Assembly: GCA_030649835.1 (NCBI GenBank)
Contig: JAUSES010000029.1
Span: forward strand, 4,130-68,129
From: a bacterium
Lineage (GTDB): Bacteria > Patescibacteriota > Minisyncoccia > Phycocordibacterales > UBA1550
DNA: 64,000 bases
Direction of reading: 5' to 3'
Below the pieces are notes generated by a model. The model was given only the letters and a program-made list of their open reading frames with translations. It searched no databases and was not told where the DNA came from. Of this stretch, positions 10,942 through 21,523 are shown one piece after another (within the stretch, counting starts at the first letter, position 1; each line of letters opens with the position of its first letter). The position numbers and the translations under genes were made by a program.

Positions 10942-11328
10942 TTAGCTACAAATGATTTGATACTCCTCTTTAATAATCGCTTTCCACTCTGCTGTTTCGT
11001 TTTTGCTACTTAAATCAGTTTTTGTGTATACCAATAAAACTGAGACGGATTGTTTCTCCTTGTTTAACGCAACAATACATCTATTGCCCGAACTCTTTGC
11101 GGATTCTTTTGTTCCTGCTATCCTAAATTTCGTTTTTATAATTTGTACACCTTCTACATCACTAATAGTTTCGGCACGATCAGTCAGAAGTAGATTATCA
11201 ACACGCTCAAGCTCAGCAACAATCGCAAGTCGGGTAATGTCCCATTTCCCTTGGTACTTCTTTTGAAAACTTTTGATGAAATGCCGTTCGGCGAAATCTT
11301 CAATCATTACTGAAAAATTTCCTTGCAT
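10942..11328 (-). CDS. Putative RelE/HigB-like toxin
   Basis: K.R......KSSGNRCI...LLVYTK pattern resembles HigB/RelE; directly downstream of a Panacea antitoxin. Confidence 0.55.
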   Translation of the reverse strand: MQGNFSVMIEDFAERHFIKSFQKKYQGKWDITRLAIVAELERVDNLLLTDRAETISDVEGVQIIKTKFRIAGTKESAKSSGNRCIVALNKEKQSVSVLLVYTKTDLSSKNETAEWKAIIKEEYQIICS

Positions 11329-11340
11329 AATTTTGAACGA

Positions 11341-12042
11341 CTAATACACCACCTCAGGGTCTTCCTGTGTAATGAGTTCGTATGGGATAAGTTCATTGTC
11401 GCGACACAAAAAATATGGAAGTTGATTGTGGGTAAAGTTTACAATTTCATTCGTGTTTTTATCCTTCCACTTTGTTGCAATTTTTTTCATAAGCGACATC
11501 TCCTCTACAGAAAGTGTTCGTATCTTTTCATTTTTATTGCTATCTGATTCGCTCACGAGAAGCATGCCTTTGCCATCAGTATTTTTGCGGTCTATCACAA
11601 TTTTGCCAGACTCCTCAAGCTCGTCGAGTGCGCGAAAAAAGGTATCTGGTACGGGACCATATGAAATCTTCCGATACTGCATGCCACTCATACTTTCAAG
11701 ATGTTCATAGAACCACGCGAAATCTGCAAGATAAAGCAACTTCGCAAGTTTTGTTTTAGTTACTTTGCCGTCATCTTTTTGCGTTAGACTCATGCGTAGA
11801 AAAGAAAGGATCATGTGTTTGTACTTTTCAATGTCGGGGATGGTGCCAGAGAGTAGAGTATCCACTCCGATACTAAAAAAACTTGCGAGCTTCTTTACTT
11901 CATCCACATCAAGCGGTTGTTTCCCTGCCTCTATCGCTGTATATGTTGAGCGAGAAACACCTATCGCTGTGGCGACCTGTTCCTGCGAAAGCCCTCGCCC
12001 TACCCGAAGACTCTTTATGAATTGTGCATATTTATTAGTCAT
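11341..12042 (-). CDS. XRE-HTH plus Panacea (DUF4065/SocA) antitoxin
   Basis: LSQEQVATAIGVSRSTYTAIE HTH; KTKLAKLLYLADF...YGPVP Panacea motifs. Confidence 0.85.
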   Translation of the reverse strand: MTNKYAQFIKSLRVGRGLSQEQVATAIGVSRSTYTAIEAGKQPLDVDEVKKLASFFSIGVDTLLSGTIPDIEKYKHMILSFLRMSLTQKDDGKVTKTKLAKLLYLADFAWFYEHLESMSGMQYRKISYGPVPDTFFRALDELEESGKIVIDRKNTDGKGMLLVSESDSNKNEKIRTLSVEEMSLMKKIATKWKDKNTNEIVNFTHNQLPYFLCRDNELIPYELITQEDPEVVY

Positions 12043-12173
12043 ACACAGATTATACACTGTTTTATGCACAGAAAGCAAGCAATTTTGGTCAAGAATTCAC
12101 ACAAAGGGTGGTATAATGAATGTGCTGGCGTAGTCGAGCCAGCACCTAAATTACTAGAAAATTCGTAGAATTT

Positions 12174-12377
12174 ATGAAGTATTACGTAAACAAAAACCAG
12201 CAAACAAACGGCGACCATGAAGTGCACACAGCAAACTGTTCGCGATTACCGAACCTCGAGAATCGGTTATACCTTGGAGACTTTCTTTATTGCTCACAAG
12301 CAGTAAATGAAGCAAAGAGGTATTATCGGCAATCTAATGGCTGTTATTACTGTTCAAACCCTTGCCATACACAGTAG
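12174..12377 (+). CDS. Small Cys/His-rich (probable metal-binding) protein
   Basis: 67 aa; NGDHEVH..C and NGCYYC...CH. Confidence 0.7.
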   Translation: MKYYVNKNQQTNGDHEVHTANCSRLPNLENRLYLGDFLYCSQAVNEAKRYYRQSNGCYYCSNPCHTQ

Positions 12378-12518
12378 ACCAAAGAGGTAAATTGAGCAAA
12401 ATGTGACGGACTATTGAGAGCCAACGGAGAAGGAGGAACGATTTTATGGCCAATCACCTGCGGTGCTAGAAAGGCACACCTCGCTCATAACAAAACCCAC
12501 GAAAGTGGATTTTGTTAT

Positions 12519-12779
12519 TTATATAATTAGAATTATTTGAATTAAAAAACTAAAAGCAATAAGTAGTAGCCCAAAATAACTAAGTTTTTTATATCTTTCG
12601 TACTTTCTTTTTTCAGTTTCGTCAGTTTGTTCTAAAAGAAGACAACTGTCCCCCTCAGGATTAACCCGAGGAGGTAGCCCGAAGAAAAACAATATCATTG
12701 TTCCAACCAACCCAAAAAATGCGCTCCACAATTCAAGATTCATTAAATAGCCAATGAGAATTTCTAAATAATTCTCCAT
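12519..12779 (-). CDS. Small 2-TM hypothetical protein
   Basis: 86-aa ORF starting 2 bp after the R-M gene stop. Confidence 0.6.
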   Translation of the reverse strand: MENYLEILIGYLMNLELWSAFFGLVGTMILFFFGLPPRVNPEGDSCLLLEQTDETEKRKYERYKKLSYFGLLLIAFSFLIQIILII

Positions 12780-12781
12780 AT

Positions 12782-15487
12782 CTATTTACTCGTGTACTTC
12801 TTATATAGCTCAAATAAAAATTCAATGCGGGATTCTTTGGTGGGGAATTTTTTGTTGTAGCAGGCGTCGACGGCGCGGTCGAGGTCGGTGTGGGCTTTGA
12901 CGAGCTCGGGTGGCATGGTGTTGGGATCGTATAGATCAGCAAGTGAGCTATGTGGAAATTGCGCACGAGCATCAAGCACACCTTGTGCGGACTCCTCTAC
13001 TTTTTTCTTTTGTTCATCTAAAATATTTTCTGGCCAGGGGAAGTTGTTATAAACAATGTTGATTGAATAATTGTAGTCACTTTTTAATCTTCCACACACT
13101 CTATTAACCCATGTCATGTGCATCAAGGAACTAAGTATTCCAAAAATATATAATAAATTATCTGAAACAACTGATGCTCCTTTGTTGTTGATAACGACAT
13201 TTTTGTGCATAAATCCAATGGGGATTACATCCCTGCTTTCAGAAGAAATGAGTGGGAAAAATAAAAAATTTTCCTCTGGTTGTCTCCTCTCTGCAAAAAT
13301 GGCAGGTGTACTTGCTAATTTTTGAGTTGCTTCACGCGAACTTTCTAAGCGGTGATTTTTAGTCTTCTCAATTCTTTCTAAAACCATCGGCATCATTCTT
13401 AATTTTGAAGGCTCAACACCAACAAGCCACAAGCAATATCGTTTTCTGCTGTTAATTAGTTCCTCAGATCCAATATACTCTCTAAAATACTCTGCACTTT
13501 GTGGTTCAGAATTAACGAACTCGAGGTACTCTTCTTTTGTAAAAATAAGATTACCTCCGTCATTCGGCATACTTCCAAAATTCATTTCTGGGACATTACA
13601 AATGGGCTTTCTGCGACTTTCCAAAAAAATATCATTTCCTTCTGAAAGATACGAGTTGATCTTTTTAACTTCTTTTTCCTTTGGCTCGCTTTTTATTGTC
13701 TCGTATTCATAGAGATATTTTTTAGAAGTCTCCACTGTCGCAAAACCCACAATGACACAATACACAGCTGCAACTCCAGGCGCATCATTATTCCATTTGA
13801 ATGTCTGATGTGCGAAGTGAATTACAATGCCATATTTTTCTTTTAATCTCTTCCACAAAATTCCCACTTGCTCACCTTGGCAGATTGAGTTAGTAGAAAC
13901 GAACGCGGTTTTGATATTGGTACCAACCATATATCGTGATGCCTTTTCATACCATGCAGTTACAAAATCCAAATTGCCTGCACCTTTTGCATTATCAAAA
14001 ATACTCAAGAACACCTCTTTTTGCCCTTTGCTCATTATTCGAGCGCCCACAAAAGGCGGATTACCGAGGATGTACGAGAGTTTGTGCTTGGGTACAACTT
14101 CTTCCCATTTTCTAGTAAGCGCGTTATCATTTACAATTGTCGCTGGTTCACGAAGCGGTAAGCGCAGGTATGGAATGCCAAATTTTGCCGAGAGCTCGTT
14201 GTTCATCTGATGATCTACAAGATACATTGCCGTGCGCGCAATCAGCGCTGGCGACTCCTCTATTTCTATTCCATAAAACTGATTAACATTGAGGAGCGAG
14301 AGGTCTTCGGTGCCAAACATTCTCATCTGTCCTGTTTTATTTTTTATATCAAGGATTTCGAGCTCAAGCCTGCGAAGTTCGCGATACGTAACCACAAGGA
14401 AGTTGCCGCAGCCGCACGCTGGGTCGAGGAATGTGAGCTTTGCAAGCTTTTGATGAAATGCATCAAGTTTTTTTGGATCATACTTCGCTTGATCAAATTC
14501 AACATACAACTCATCAAGAAAAAGTGGTTGAATGACTTTTAAAATATTTTTTTCAGAAGTATAGTGGGCTCCGAGCTGACGTCGACTATCTTCGTTCATT
14601 ACCCCTTGGAACAGGGAGCCGAAAATAGATGCTGATATTTCTGACCAACCAAAACTGCAACACTTCACGAGCTTTAGGCGCGCTCCTGCATCCAAAGATA
14701 CTGGAGCGATACGTTCCGCAAAAACTCCGCCGTTGATGTGTGGGAATGCGTTTAACTGCTCATCGAGATTTGTTTGTCGCTTTTCTCGTGGAGTGTTGAG
14801 GACTTCAAAAATTTGGAGCAAGTGAATGCCTAAATCACTACCGTCTATATTTGTGCGGTCTTCTATATAGGTGCGAAACTGCCCTTGCTGAAATATTCCA
14901 GTGTCCTCGGCAAAGAGGCAGAACAATATACGTGCGAGAAAAACATCAAGGTCATGCCCGCTGTATCCCGTCTTTGCAATCTCGTTGTGAAAATCCGCCA
15001 TCAATTTTGCCGCCTTGATGCTTGCCTCTTCTTCTTTTTCATAATGACGAACAGTATACCCAGAAATGAACCCAAAAAGTTCTATGTTTTTATGTAAATC
15101 TTTAAGCAAAAATTCTTCGTGCTTATTTTCTTCCAAGTCATATACTCGTATTTTTTCAAAATCGGAAACAACAATATAGCGTGGTAGCTCTGCGTTTTTT
15201 AATCCCGGGATATAGTCCTTTGCTTGAGCATATGCTTTGTCGAGGTCTTTGCCTCGCGACTTGTGTTCCGCAAGCATCACCCCTTTCCAGAGAACGTCGA
15301 TAAACCCCTGCGCGCCATCCTGCTTTTTAACATTATATTCAAATGCTGCGACCCTGCGACGAGGAACGCCAAAAACCTCAAAAAATCCGTCCCAAAAACT
15401 TTTTGCTTCTGCGTCTTCGTTGCATTCTCGCTCCCATTCGTGGGCAAAAACGAGGGCGCGGTTTCGTATTTCGTTGAGACTTATCAT
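12782..15487 (-). CDS. MmeI-like type IIL restriction-modification enzyme (fused endonuclease/N6A methyltransferase/TRD)
   Basis: N-terminal D..(E)HKSRGKDL nuclease motif, GAHYTS, LDPACGCGNFL (motif I), GNPPF (motif IV), C-terminal SLADLYDP. Confidence 0.92.
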   Translation of the reverse strand: MISLNEIRNRALVFAHEWERECNEDAEAKSFWDGFFEVFGVPRRRVAAFEYNVKKQDGAQGFIDVLWKGVMLAEHKSRGKDLDKAYAQAKDYIPGLKNAELPRYIVVSDFEKIRVYDLEENKHEEFLLKDLHKNIELFGFISGYTVRHYEKEEEASIKAAKLMADFHNEIAKTGYSGHDLDVFLARILFCLFAEDTGIFQQGQFRTYIEDRTNIDGSDLGIHLLQIFEVLNTPREKRQTNLDEQLNAFPHINGGVFAERIAPVSLDAGARLKLVKCCSFGWSEISASIFGSLFQGVMNEDSRRQLGAHYTSEKNILKVIQPLFLDELYVEFDQAKYDPKKLDAFHQKLAKLTFLDPACGCGNFLVVTYRELRRLELEILDIKNKTGQMRMFGTEDLSLLNVNQFYGIEIEESPALIARTAMYLVDHQMNNELSAKFGIPYLRLPLREPATIVNDNALTRKWEEVVPKHKLSYILGNPPFVGARIMSKGQKEVFLSIFDNAKGAGNLDFVTAWYEKASRYMVGTNIKTAFVSTNSICQGEQVGILWKRLKEKYGIVIHFAHQTFKWNNDAPGVAAVYCVIVGFATVETSKKYLYEYETIKSEPKEKEVKKINSYLSEGNDIFLESRRKPICNVPEMNFGSMPNDGGNLIFTKEEYLEFVNSEPQSAEYFREYIGSEELINSRKRYCLWLVGVEPSKLRMMPMVLERIEKTKNHRLESSREATQKLASTPAIFAERRQPEENFLFFPLISSESRDVIPIGFMHKNVVINNKGASVVSDNLLYIFGILSSLMHMTWVNRVCGRLKSDYNYSINIVYNNFPWPENILDEQKKKVEESAQGVLDARAQFPHSSLADLYDPNTMPPELVKAHTDLDRAVDACYNKKFPTKESRIEFLFELYKKYTSK

Positions 15488-15541
15488 GTGTTTTACGTCC
15501 TCCAAGTATACGCCCAATTGTTTTTAATACAAAACGTGCGA

Positions 15542-16255
15542 CTATTTCACAAGTGCCAAGGTGAGTGCGACGATTGCTGCTGTTTCGGCGCGGAGGATTT
15601 GGGGGCCGGTGGTAACAATGGGGATTTTGTGTGAGTGTAAAAACGCTATTTCCTCATCTGTGAAACCTCCTTCGGGGCCGATGAACAGCGAAACGGGTGA
15701 GACTGTGTGCTTCGTGAAATACTCTCGCGCGGATGTTTCTCCACGTGGGTCAAACACGATAAAGTTTTTGTGGGGGATATCTTCCGTTTTTATAATTTCT
15801 AAAATCTCTGGCACCGTTGTGCGCCCAGACTGTTCTGATGCTTCACGCACTATCTTTTGCGCGCGTTCATAGTTCACTCCCTTCTTTTCACTTCGGTCTG
15901 CTTGCACGGGCACAATGCGCGAGGCACCAAGCTCGGTTGCTTTTTCCAACACCATTTCAAAATTATCCTTTTTAATAAGTGCTAGATACAAAGTAACTTC
16001 ACGAAGTGATGAAGGAATGTGTTTCTTTTCCAAAACTTTAAGTGTTGCGAGACTTTTAGACAGTGAAACAAATTCACACAAGGCCTCATCCCCTTTCCCA
16101 TCAAAAAGAACAGCCTTGTCGCACGCCTCCATGCGAAGCACATTCCGCCATTGATTAAGGAGACCCTTGTCCACTAGATTAAACTCAGCGCCCTCAGGCG
16201 GAAGCTCTTTCTTCGGAAAATCCTTATCGTCCACAAAAAATCTATGTAGTTTCAT
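15542..16255 (-). CDS. rsmE: 16S rRNA m3U1498 methyltransferase RsmE
   Basis: EKATELG, EASEQSGR, IGPEGGF, ILRAETA motifs. Confidence 0.96.
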   Translation of the reverse strand: MKLHRFFVDDKDFPKKELPPEGAEFNLVDKGLLNQWRNVLRMEACDKAVLFDGKGDEALCEFVSLSKSLATLKVLEKKHIPSSLREVTLYLALIKKDNFEMVLEKATELGASRIVPVQADRSEKKGVNYERAQKIVREASEQSGRTTVPEILEIIKTEDIPHKNFIVFDPRGETSAREYFTKHTVSPVSLFIGPEGGFTDEEIAFLHSHKIPIVTTGPQILRAETAAIVALTLALVK

Positions 16256-16381
16256 CCCGTTAGAAGTAGGAAATTATTAAAAATTTCCGTAGTTAACTAA
16301 TAAATTGTCAGCCTAAATACATTTATCATAAATTCCCCCTAAACGCCACCCCTGAACCATATGACTTCTAACGGGATTCAT
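16253..16381 (-). mobile_element. Start-codon-associated miniature element, copy 1 (CCCGTTAGA...TCTAACGGG)
   Basis: ATGAATCCCGTTAGA...TAACTACGGAAA..TTTCCTACTTCTAACGGG abuts the rsmE ATG. Confidence 0.8.
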
Positions 16382-16391
16382 GTTGTTAAAA

Positions 16392-16670
16392 TTATTCAAA
16401 CAAAGAGGCGTGTGTGCCAATGTTTACCAAAAGCAATACTAACACGTCTTTTTCTTTGCGATACAGAAGTAAAATATCATTTTGAACATGACATTCTCGT
16501 ATTCCAACGAATTCACCTTTCAACTCATGATCTTTATATTGAGCAGGGATTTTTTCGCTTTTCTTAAGCAACAAAACTACTTCATCAAGCTTTTTAATAT
16601 GGAAATCCTTGTGCTGCTCAACACGCTTAAGTGACTTTCTGTATTGATTCGATGAAATAACGTGGTACAT
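16392..16670 (-). CDS. YafQ-family mRNA interferase toxin
   Basis: YKDHELKG, RECHVQNDILLLY, IGTHASLF. Confidence 0.92.
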   Translation of the reverse strand: MYHVISSNQYRKSLKRVEQHKDFHIKKLDEVVLLLKKSEKIPAQYKDHELKGEFVGIRECHVQNDILLLYRKEKDVLVLLLVNIGTHASLFE

Positions 16671-16672
16671 AT

Positions 16673-16960
16673 TTATTTACCAAGAATTTCACGGTGCATC
16701 TGTTCAACATCGTCATACGCTTTAATCTTTCCACTTTTATAATCCCTAAGGGTTTTTTCTGCAATACGTACCAACTCTCGTTTCTTTTCCTCAGGCCAAT
16801 AGTCGGCACTCATTACCGGAAAAGGAATGGACTTTGTATTTACTACTTGTGCAAGAAAAAGCTTCATTCCTGTCGACATATCCAAACCCATAGACTTAAA
16901 GATTTTACTCGCATCACTTTTCATCTTCTTGTCCACCCTAAATTGTAGTGTTGTGGTCAT
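16673..16960 (-). CDS. DinJ/RelB-family antitoxin
   Basis: LQFRVDKKMK...GLDMSTGMKLFLAQV...IPF; upstream of YafQ. Confidence 0.9.
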   Translation of the reverse strand: MTTTLQFRVDKKMKSDASKIFKSMGLDMSTGMKLFLAQVVNTKSIPFPVMSADYWPEEKKRELVRIAEKTLRDYKSGKIKAYDDVEQMHREILGK

Positions 16961-17094
16961 AAATACAGTATACACCCGCAATCTTCCTTGTCAATACATT
17001 GTCACTACATCAAAATAGTCTATCAGGTCAGCGCAGAAAACAAAAACTCGGCCTGCCGTGAAGCAGACCGAGGTATTGAAAATGAATGCAAAAA

Positions 17095-17601
17095 TTAAAT
17101 AGTGCGACGAAAAAAAACGAAATTTGTATCTGCGCTCCATTCACCGTCATAATGATAATTATTGGGAAGATTCTTCCTTAAATCACTCCTTTTGTAATAC
17201 TCTTGAATTCGTTTATATTCGTTCAAGACAACATTCACCTCCTCTATTAAAGCAACTTCGAATCCACCTTTATCTGAGAGACTGCTACATTGTAAGAACA
17301 TTTGTAGTCCGCGACGACTTTGCGGAAATAGCTCATAGCCAAGCTCTGAAATACGAGCATATGTGTTTCTAAGTTTTGCGCCATTTCCAAAGCCAAGATT
17401 ACGATTAGACGCTATGACTAACTCAGCCCCCGTCTCCTTGCTGTACGTCCTTTCATAATGTCCAACATCCTTAATGGAAGTGGCGGCCTGACTCAAAGCA
17501 GTCAACACCATATTTCTGAGGCATTCTTTTCTGTCTTTTGCCAGCCTATGATTAACACCAGGGGTAATTGTACTAAATGTTGAAAAACGTGAATTGTTCA
17601 T
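17095..17601 (-). CDS. Hypothetical protein resembling CPR C-lectin-like (DGR-target-type) proteins
   Basis: LGF..GA.L...YAR..ELG.EL and C-terminal W.....FVF.RR pattern, recognised from memory. Confidence 0.5.
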   Translation of the reverse strand: MNNSRFSTFSTITPGVNHRLAKDRKECLRNMVLTALSQAATSIKDVGHYERTYSKETGAELVIASNRNLGFGNGAKLRNTYARISELGYELFPQSRRGLQMFLQCSSLSDKGGFEVALIEEVNVVLNEYKRIQEYYKRSDLRKNLPNNYHYDGEWSADTNFVFFRRTI

Positions 17602-17740
17602 CGTGCTTCTCCCAAAGTTGATAAAACGGTTAAATTTTGCCCCTCAATCCTCAAAGGACTACTGAAACAAATATAGCAAGTATTTAGGCTTTTGTCAAGT
17701 CAAAATTTGCAACAATTTAGAATTGTGGTACGATACCCAC

Positions 17741-18337
17741 ATGTCCTACTTAATCCCAACTGTTATTGAAAAGTCGCCACAAGGCGAACGTGCGTATGAT
17801 ATTTACTCGCGCCTACTCAAGGAGCGCATCATTTTCCTTTCGGGCGCTATTGATGATGACACGGCAAACATCACCATCGCTCAGCTTCTTTTTCTTGAAT
17901 CTGAAGATCCAAAAAAAGATATTTCTTTATACATCAACTCCCCCGGTGGCTCCGTGACTGCAGGAATGGCGCTCTACGACACCATGCAACACGTGAAGCC
18001 AGATGTTTCTACTATTTGTGTTGGAATGGCAGCATCAATGGGTGCAGTGCTTCTCTCTGCGGGCGCAAAGGGTAAGCGTTTCATACTTCCCAATGCTGAG
18101 GTAATGATTCACCAGCCACTCGGGGGCACCGAGGGGCAGGCGTCCGACATCGCCATCACTGCAAAACATATTTTGAAAATAAAGGAGAATTTGAATAAAA
18201 TACTTTCAAAAAACACCGGCAAGCCTCTCGCACAAATAGAAAAAGACACCGACCGCGACTTTTTCATGTCCGCCGAAGAGGCTAAAAAGTATGGCATCAT
18301 CGACGAGATTTACAAACCCAAGAATCCGCGAAGCTAG
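17741..18337 (+). CDS. clpP: ATP-dependent Clp protease proteolytic subunit
   Basis: [34 protein letters not shown]. Confidence 0.98.
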   Translation: MSYLIPTVIEKSPQGERAYDIYSRLLKERIIFLSGAIDDDTANITIAQLLFLESEDPKKDISLYINSPGGSVTAGMALYDTMQHVKPDVSTICVGMAASMGAVLLSAGAKGKRFILPNAEVMIHQPLGGTEGQASDIAITAKHILKIKENLNKILSKNTGKPLAQIEKDTDRDFFMSAEEAKKYGIIDEIYKPKNPRS

Positions 18338-18403
18338 CCTGCAAAAAAACATCCCCCGCCTTTTTGAAAAAGGCGGGGGATGTTTTTTTGCAGGCTAGCT
18401 TCG
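18329..18403. terminator. 75-bp perfect palindrome, probable bidirectional terminator
   Basis: 37-bp perfect arms between convergent clpP and AAA ATPase genes, overlapping the clpP stop. Confidence 0.75.
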
Positions 18404-18414
18404 GCCAAATATCA

Positions 18415-19554
18415 CTAAAGCAGGTACTCCGGCCATGTATCTTTATTGATCACTTTAATACCTAAATTCTTAAATCTCTTTGCAAAAGCTTCTCTAGTTA
18501 ATGCATTAACCTTACTATCTTGCCATTTGCATTCAAAAGCATTGATATATTCACTTTTTCTTTCAACTATATCCACCTCACTCCCGCTATAGGTGCGCCA
18601 AAAACACATATCGACTGATTCATTTTCATGACGATATTTCTTGAGTCGTTCAATAAATACAAAATTTTCCCACAGTTGTCCGATGTCAGTGCGATTTTCA
18701 ATTTGTGCAAAGTTACTTACCACTGCATTACGAATACCGAGATCAACAAAATAGTATCGTTTATTTTTCCCAATTTCGTTTCTTTCGTTCTCAGTATTTA
18801 CGCTTGTTGAAGATGCAATAATGAATGATTTTTCTAAAATACCAATATATTTTTCTACTGTAGTTCGCGACAGCTGTACCCTTGTTGCAATCTCGTTAAT
18901 AGACACATCGTGCCCAATTTGGAGTGCCAACATTTTAAGCACACTTCTAATTCCTTCATGATTTCTTACCCCCTCAAATTCAAGAATGTCTTTATACAAA
19001 TACGCTTGCGTGATATCACGCATCATTATTTCTTTTAGCTTCGTATCATTTTCTTTGCGTATTGCTGGATAATTACCGTATACCAAAACATCGTGAACGA
19101 CCGAAAGCGTCATCACTCGCCCCAAAGTGAGGTCTATCTCGTGCATATCAAGAGGATAGAGATTGAGATAGCTTGCCCTTCCCGTGAGTGGCTCCGTGGT
19201 ATGGTGCGCGAGTCCGAAAGCAGAAGAACCTGTCACTATAAAAATGGCATCCTTATATGTATCCACCAAGAACTTTAAGGTAAGTCCCGGCTCTTCCAAA
19301 TACTGAGCCTCATCTATGATCACCAATTTTGCATTATTGAGGATCGGCGACACTCTCCCTATTGTTCGTGAGGAAAGCTCCTTTGCTGCAATCCGGTCAT
19401 CCCCCTGTAGCCAAACCTTTTTGCCAGAATAGGCGTCAAAATAATCTCGCAGTAGTGTTGTTTTTCCTGCCTGACGCGGTCCATAGACAACAAGGACTTT
19501 TCCTTCTCGCGCAAATTTTTCAATGTTCTTAGATTGTCTGCGAATGAATTTCAT
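18415..19554 (-). CDS. AAA_14 ATPase with DUF4143 C-terminal domain
   Basis: GPRQAGKTT, IIDEAQ, TGSS, YFVDLGIRN, EVDIV...FECK. Confidence 0.9.
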   Translation of the reverse strand: MKFIRRQSKNIEKFAREGKVLVVYGPRQAGKTTLLRDYFDAYSGKKVWLQGDDRIAAKELSSRTIGRVSPILNNAKLVIIDEAQYLEEPGLTLKFLVDTYKDAIFIVTGSSAFGLAHHTTEPLTGRASYLNLYPLDMHEIDLTLGRVMTLSVVHDVLVYGNYPAIRKENDTKLKEIMMRDITQAYLYKDILEFEGVRNHEGIRSVLKMLALQIGHDVSINEIATRVQLSRTTVEKYIGILEKSFIIASSTSVNTENERNEIGKNKRYYFVDLGIRNAVVSNFAQIENRTDIGQLWENFVFIERLKKYRHENESVDMCFWRTYSGSEVDIVERKSEYINAFECKWQDSKVNALTREAFAKRFKNLGIKVINKDTWPEYLL

Positions 19555-19818
19555 TACTGAAAGCATAGCATACTAGCAATTTTAAAGCAAATATCGCAAA
19601 CATAGTTACATAATTAAAGCAAATATCGCTTTTTTTGAGTGTCTTCACCTCCTGCCCACAGTCTCAAACACTTGCTTGTGCTCAGCACAAGCGGTATTAT
19701 AAAAATGTACCCAATTTTGTAATTTATATTGACACTTTTATTAAGGGGCGATAACCACCCGCAGATTTGGAGAAAACCGCATAAACATTAAGGATTTCGA
19801 GAACTGGCGGGATTATAT

Positions 19819-21351
19819 ATGGACATTAACATTGCACTCACGCTGGGCGGCGTGATGGCAATTTTGGTCGGAGCGATACTAGGCTATGTTTTGCGGTGGT
19901 TTATTTCAATCAGCAAACGGGGATCTGTTGAAATAGAAATAAAGCAGGTGCTCCTTTCTGCAAAGGAAGAGGCACAAAAAATAATAGAAGATGCCGACCG
20001 AAAAGCCGAAGTGTACGGACGCGAGCTTCACGAGGAAGAACGCGAACAAAGTGAACGATTCAAAAAAATAGAAGAGCGACTTATAAAAAAAGAAGAGTTT
20101 CTCGACAAACGACAGCTTGATGTAGATGGCGAAGCAAATCAGATAAAAGAAAAGGAGGAGGAGCTCCGTATGCTCCGTGAAAAAACAAAAAAAGAAACGG
20201 AGCTTGCGCGTCATGAGCTTGAGCGTGTTGCACATCTCGACACAGAGAGCGCAAAAGAGGAATTACTAAAGCGCGTGGAAATGCAGAGTGAGGAAGACAT
20301 CCTCGTACGTATCAAAAAAATAGAGACCGATGGAGAAGCTCGCCTTGCATTAAAAGCACGCGATATCCTTGCGACATCCATTCAGCGTCTCGCTACTTCC
20401 ACCGTCGCAGAAATGATGGCAACTTCGGTTCCTATTGCATCAGATGAAATCAAGGGGAAGATTATTGGGAAGGAAGGCCGTAATATCCGCGCATTTGAGC
20501 GCGCAGCGGGTGTTGAGGTTATTATTGATGACACCCCAGGCTCTATCCTCATTTCATCTTTTGACCCCGTTCGTCGGCAAATCGCTCGTGTAGCACTCGA
20601 GCAACTCATAGAAGACGGGCGTATCCAGCCTGCAAAAATAGAAGAGGCTGTGGAAAAAGCAAAAGAAGAAGTAAATAAAATAACGAGAGAGAAAGGCGAG
20701 CAGGCTGCATATGAGTGTGGTGTGTTCAACCTTGACCCGCGCATCATTGCCATCCTTGGGCGCCTTCATTTCCGTACAAGCTTCGGACAAAATGTTTTGC
20801 AACACTCAATAGAAATGGCGCACATAGGCGGAATGATAGCAGAGGAAATAGGCGGAGATGTCGCCGTCACAAAAGCAGGAGCGCTCCTTCACGACCTCGG
20901 CAAGGCGGTAGACCACGAAGTGCAAGGGACCCATGTGGAAATTGGAAGAAAGATTCTGCAAAAGTTTGGCGTGGATGTGCGGATCATCCAAGCAATGCAG
21001 TCCCACCACGAGGAATACCCCTACGAGACACTAGAGTCAATTATTGTCCAGACTGCAGACTCCATTTCTGGTGGGCGCCCCGGTGCGCGACGTGACTCTG
21101 CAGAAAACTACATAAAGCGCCTTGAAGACCTTGAGGGTATTGCAAAATCCTTCCCCGCTGTGGAAAAAACCTATGCAATACAAGCCGGAAGAGAGCTTCG
21201 CGTGTTTGTACGCCCAGAGGAAATCAGCGACCTCGAAGCAAAGAAGCTTGCGCGCGACATCGCAATACGCGTAGAAAAGGAGCTCAAGTACCCAGGTGAA
21301 ATAAAAGTAGCAGTGATTCGTGAATCACGAGCGATAGAGTACGCGAGGTAG
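19819..21351 (+). CDS. rny: Ribonuclease Y
   Basis: N-terminal TM, coiled coil, KH (KGKIIGKEGRNIR), HD (LLHDLGK). Confidence 0.97.
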   Translation: MDINIALTLGGVMAILVGAILGYVLRWFISISKRGSVEIEIKQVLLSAKEEAQKIIEDADRKAEVYGRELHEEEREQSERFKKIEERLIKKEEFLDKRQLDVDGEANQIKEKEEELRMLREKTKKETELARHELERVAHLDTESAKEELLKRVEMQSEEDILVRIKKIETDGEARLALKARDILATSIQRLATSTVAEMMATSVPIASDEIKGKIIGKEGRNIRAFERAAGVEVIIDDTPGSILISSFDPVRRQIARVALEQLIEDGRIQPAKIEEAVEKAKEEVNKITREKGEQAAYECGVFNLDPRIIAILGRLHFRTSFGQNVLQHSIEMAHIGGMIAEEIGGDVAVTKAGALLHDLGKAVDHEVQGTHVEIGRKILQKFGVDVRIIQAMQSHHEEYPYETLESIIVQTADSISGGRPGARRDSAENYIKRLEDLEGIAKSFPAVEKTYAIQAGRELRVFVRPEEISDLEAKKLARDIAIRVEKELKYPGEIKVAVIRESRAIEYAR

Positions 21352-21371
21352 GACAGAAATAAAATTGTGTA

Positions 21372-21416
21372 TTAGTAAGCCCCTGATTTTGCTTCGCAAA
21401 ATCAGGGGCTTACTAA
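21372..21416. terminator. Hairpin terminator after rny
   Basis: TTAGTAAGCCCCTGATTTTGC-TTC-GCAAAATCAGGGGCTTACTAA perfect stem. Confidence 0.7.
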
Positions 21417-21463
21417 ATTAATAGTTCAAAAAATAAACCCCCAAAAGTCCAAGTCCCCAATTT

Positions 21464-21493
21464 CGCAATAAACAGCTATAGCTGTTTATTGCG
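21464..21493. repeat. 30-bp palindrome upstream of the PaaX-like gene
   Basis: CGCAATAAACAGCTATAGCTGTTTATTGCG; second copy at 22150-22179. Confidence 0.9.
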
Positions 21494-21523
21494 CGAATCA
21501 ATTAAGTGGTATATACTATCAAA

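Noticed and set aside
12378-12518. Possible ncRNA after the small Cys/His gene
   Set aside because: Only a terminator-like hairpin is evident; no recognisable family or second copy.
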